Both the position numbers and the translations under genes were made by a program. Below are positions 60,816-64,000 of a stretch of DNA of 64,000 nucleotides, one piece after another (position 1 is the first letter of the stretch; each line of letters starts with the position of its first letter). The stretch comes from Podarcis cretensis (lineage: Eukaryota). The notes beneath the pieces were generated by a model that saw only the letters and a program-made list of their open reading frames with translations, had not been told where the DNA came from and searched no databases. Where the stretch lies: NCBI GenBank assembly GCA_951804945.1, contig OX638150.1, positions 59,768,001 to 59,832,000 of the forward strand, given 5' to 3'.

Positions 60816-63800
60816 AATAGAGAACTTAATTGTTCTTCAGCAGAATAAACTGGAGATTCTATACTGCACTTCTTTGTTGATGGGAGAAGAGGAGAAAAAA
60901 GGATGGCTCTGACATGAGCCCTTTGCTTCCATTCAAATCCATAATGCAATTACTCTTTGATCCGAGAAGAATGTGGCTGTCCATACTGTGCAGCTGGAGG
61001 GTGTGTCTCCCATCATGTACATATTCTCCTTCAGCACGGATTAGCCAAACGTATTTGTGATGAGCCATTGGGCTAAAAGGGAATTTTATGATCATTCAGC
61101 AAAAATGTTGATACTAGAATCATAGCAGTAATTGTCTGTCTAGCAGGGACTTGTCCAAGCTTTGATGAATTAGTATATTTAGAGGAGAGTGCCACGATAC
61201 GAGCAAACCATTTTAGGGGACATTGAGCTGGCTGTAATTTGGGGGATCAGTTGAGCATTTCCATTCTCCACAATACTGATATGCAGGGGGGTGCTACAAA
61301 GCATGCTAGTCCTGCACTCATCAGGACCAAATTAGGTTGCATACCCCATATAAAGATGCTTCCTGCATTTATCCATATCCATATAGACCCACAGGATTCA
61401 GACCGCATTAGAGCATGCCTGAACAGGAATGTCTTAAAGCACCTTCAATGTGCCAGCAGGCTTGGGTAAATTTCTCAGGGCAGCCTTTCACGCTTTAACT
61501 GTGTTCTTTGGTACAGATACATGATCACAAAATGCATATGCTGTGAAGCATTACACATATATAAAGGCAACTGCTTTCTTTTTACAAGATATGGAAGGAG
61601 CAACTGAGAAATGACTAGGCTTCTGTTTCTGTGTATTTTTAAGGATTGTGATGATTTGTACATTCTTGTACTCATCTGTACTGACATGCTGTTTACATAT
61701 TTTGCACTTGGATAGAAAGAATAACCCACCCAACAAAACAAATAATAATACAACCCCAACAACAAAATTACATGGCAGAAAAGACCTTCTTCCTAGGTCC
61801 CTGCCAAGCTGATCTCCCTAGTGTAGGGGCCGTCTCCTATATCAGGGCTCATATGGGAAGAGATGCTCTTGAGACATTGCCAGTAGCATGTTGAGAGGTA
61901 TATAGTGCACCTGCAGCTTGCTGATGTTCTCAGATGTACTTTAAAAGCAAACAAACCCCTGTATCTCAGTCTCAGTTATTTGGGCCATCAAGTCAAGAAT
62001 ATCTGGAATAAGACGTAGTTCAACATTATATAGGAAGCTGCCCTATGCCATGTCAGACAAATAGTCCATCTAGGTCAGTATTGCTGACACTGACTGGCAG
62101 AGGCTTGCCAGGGTTTTAGACTGGGCATTCCCAGCCCTACCAGGGCTTGACAGAAACTGAACCTGGGGCCTTCTGCATGTAAAGCAGATGCCCCACTGCT
62201 TAGTTACAGCCCTTCCTGAATATTTGGTTCAACTCTATAAAGAGTTCTGTCTATTGTTGTTGTTGTTTTTAAAAAATCTGTATTCTACCCTCCCCTTTTA
62301 TTTTCAGACAAGAAGCTCATTTCAACACTTGTCTACTGTGGAGTCTCAATAGAGTCTAGCGGTTATGAATCACTGGCACAGACACAGCTAATGTAATTAG
62401 AAACATTTGCCTCAACAGGGTTGCCCTCTCTGTGTTTCCCTCTGGATGTCCTATTGCAGAATATTAATTTGGAAGACATTTAAAATGTCTGCAAAGAAGG
62501 GTTGCTGATGATAGGTGTTCTCTCCTTCATACGTGAGGGTGGGAACATCTGCCATCCCAGAGAATATTAAGTCAGAGGTATAGAATGTGGGTTCAGATCC
62601 CTGCTCAGCCACAAAGCCACTTTGGTTAAGCCTATCTGGAAGAGCTGCCAAGATAAAAAAAACAAGTGGCACATTATGACATGCTGTGTGTGAGGTAGCA
62701 CACAGCCAATTCTCACTCCTGTCACTAGGTGCTGTGGGGCTCCACCCCACACCAAGCAATGGCACCATGTGGCACTAAGGCTGTTGGTTGGAACTGTGGA
62801 CGGTTGCAGGCATTCACACAACAGAAACTTGGTGGCCCAAAGAGCCAGTCTCCTGCCCTTGCCTGATTGGTACAATTTTCCATGCCTTCTGCATTTATTC
62901 AGTGTGGGGAACTTTTCATTGAGGGAGATACCATTTTATCTTTCTGTCCTGCTGACATTAGCCTCCAGCCACTTGCTTGCCGGCCTCAAAGTATTTACCC
63001 TCTAGCTTTCATATATGGTACACATAAAGCTCCCTGAATCATGCCTTGTCCATCAAGGTGAGCAACCAAATATGTTTAATTGCTGTTCCTACAGGTTTCC
63101 TGCAAAGCTGTTTGATGCTCAACCATCATCTTTCTTTCTCTGGTCAATACCACTGGTCTTATTCTTGTGCACATCTAAAAGCCCACCCCACATATCACTT
63201 GCATGAATTCTCCTACCCTGCCAGTCCATTTGATGATATTCACGATGGTCCGCAAAGCATTATAACCATCTCCATTCCTACCAGCCTTCTTGGATGTTAC
63301 GTTCTGCAGAGGCGGCTTTCTTAGTAGTTCCACTACCCTTAGAATCATATTCTAAAATGTATGCATAGTTGTATGTGTTGCGTGGCAAGGTCCCAAACCC
63401 TCCTGGGAAATTTAATAAAGACACATGAAACAGTATTTTAGGTTAATGGGTGAAAAAGGCCACAACTTTATTGGTTACAGAATGTGAGTGGTACTTTTTT
63501 TCATAACATTTGAAGAACTACAAAGCTAGAGTATTAACTGTGTTTTGATCCATATATTAAACTGGGAAGTGCAAATCAGAAGGACTTGCTTAAAAATGTG
63601 GGCCATAAAATAAAAAAATCCTTGGGCATCCCCAAAATCAGCTACTTTGAAATATGTAGTTGAAGTGAAGACTTCACCCTGCTGCCTTCATAAGGCGCAG
63701 GACATTCTTTTGGATATTCAGCATTTTGAATGTGCTCTTATGTTGGAAGTAGATCTGATACAGAAGTTGGTTTGTATAATTGTCAGCCTATGTTTGGATA

Positions 63801-64000
63801 AGTTGTGGATAAATTGGCCTTAGAGCAGAGGCAGCTTATGTGACATCATGGTGTTTTATTAACTGTACAGTGAAAGCAGAGCTCTGTTTGGTTAATTATG
63901 TAACTTTCCAGAGTTGGATACTGCAGGGAAAAGGAAGATATTCCCCCCCTGCCCCCACTGATAGATTTATATGTGCCTTATGTTTTGTTTTGCCCGTTCC

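Overview
Eukaryotic (vertebrate) genomic DNA. The repeat content (Sauria SINEs with (ACCTTT)n tails, Bov-B, CR1, L2, L1, Penelope and many MITEs) points to a squamate, probably a lacertid lizard; this is an inference. The window contains the complete four-exon coding region of the clock F-box gene FBXL21 (+, 2935-7358, 436 aa after splicing), then about 39 kb of repeat-rich intergenic DNA, then the CpG-island promoter and coding exons 1-2 of TGFBI (+). A full-length 6.17-kb L1 with a 16-bp TSD lies antisense in TGFBI intron 1. Most notable: (i) a ~100-bp TSD-flanked Penelope-type insertion that is essentially a minimal hammerhead ribozyme (26407-26507); (ii) no recognisable LECT2 between FBXL21 and TGFBI, where human and chicken have it; (iii) four L1 insertions around the TGFBI promoter, one splitting its CpG island; (iv) an FBXL3-like C-terminal tail on FBXL21. 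All calls were made by eye, no database searches were run, and the boundaries of old repeats are approximate.
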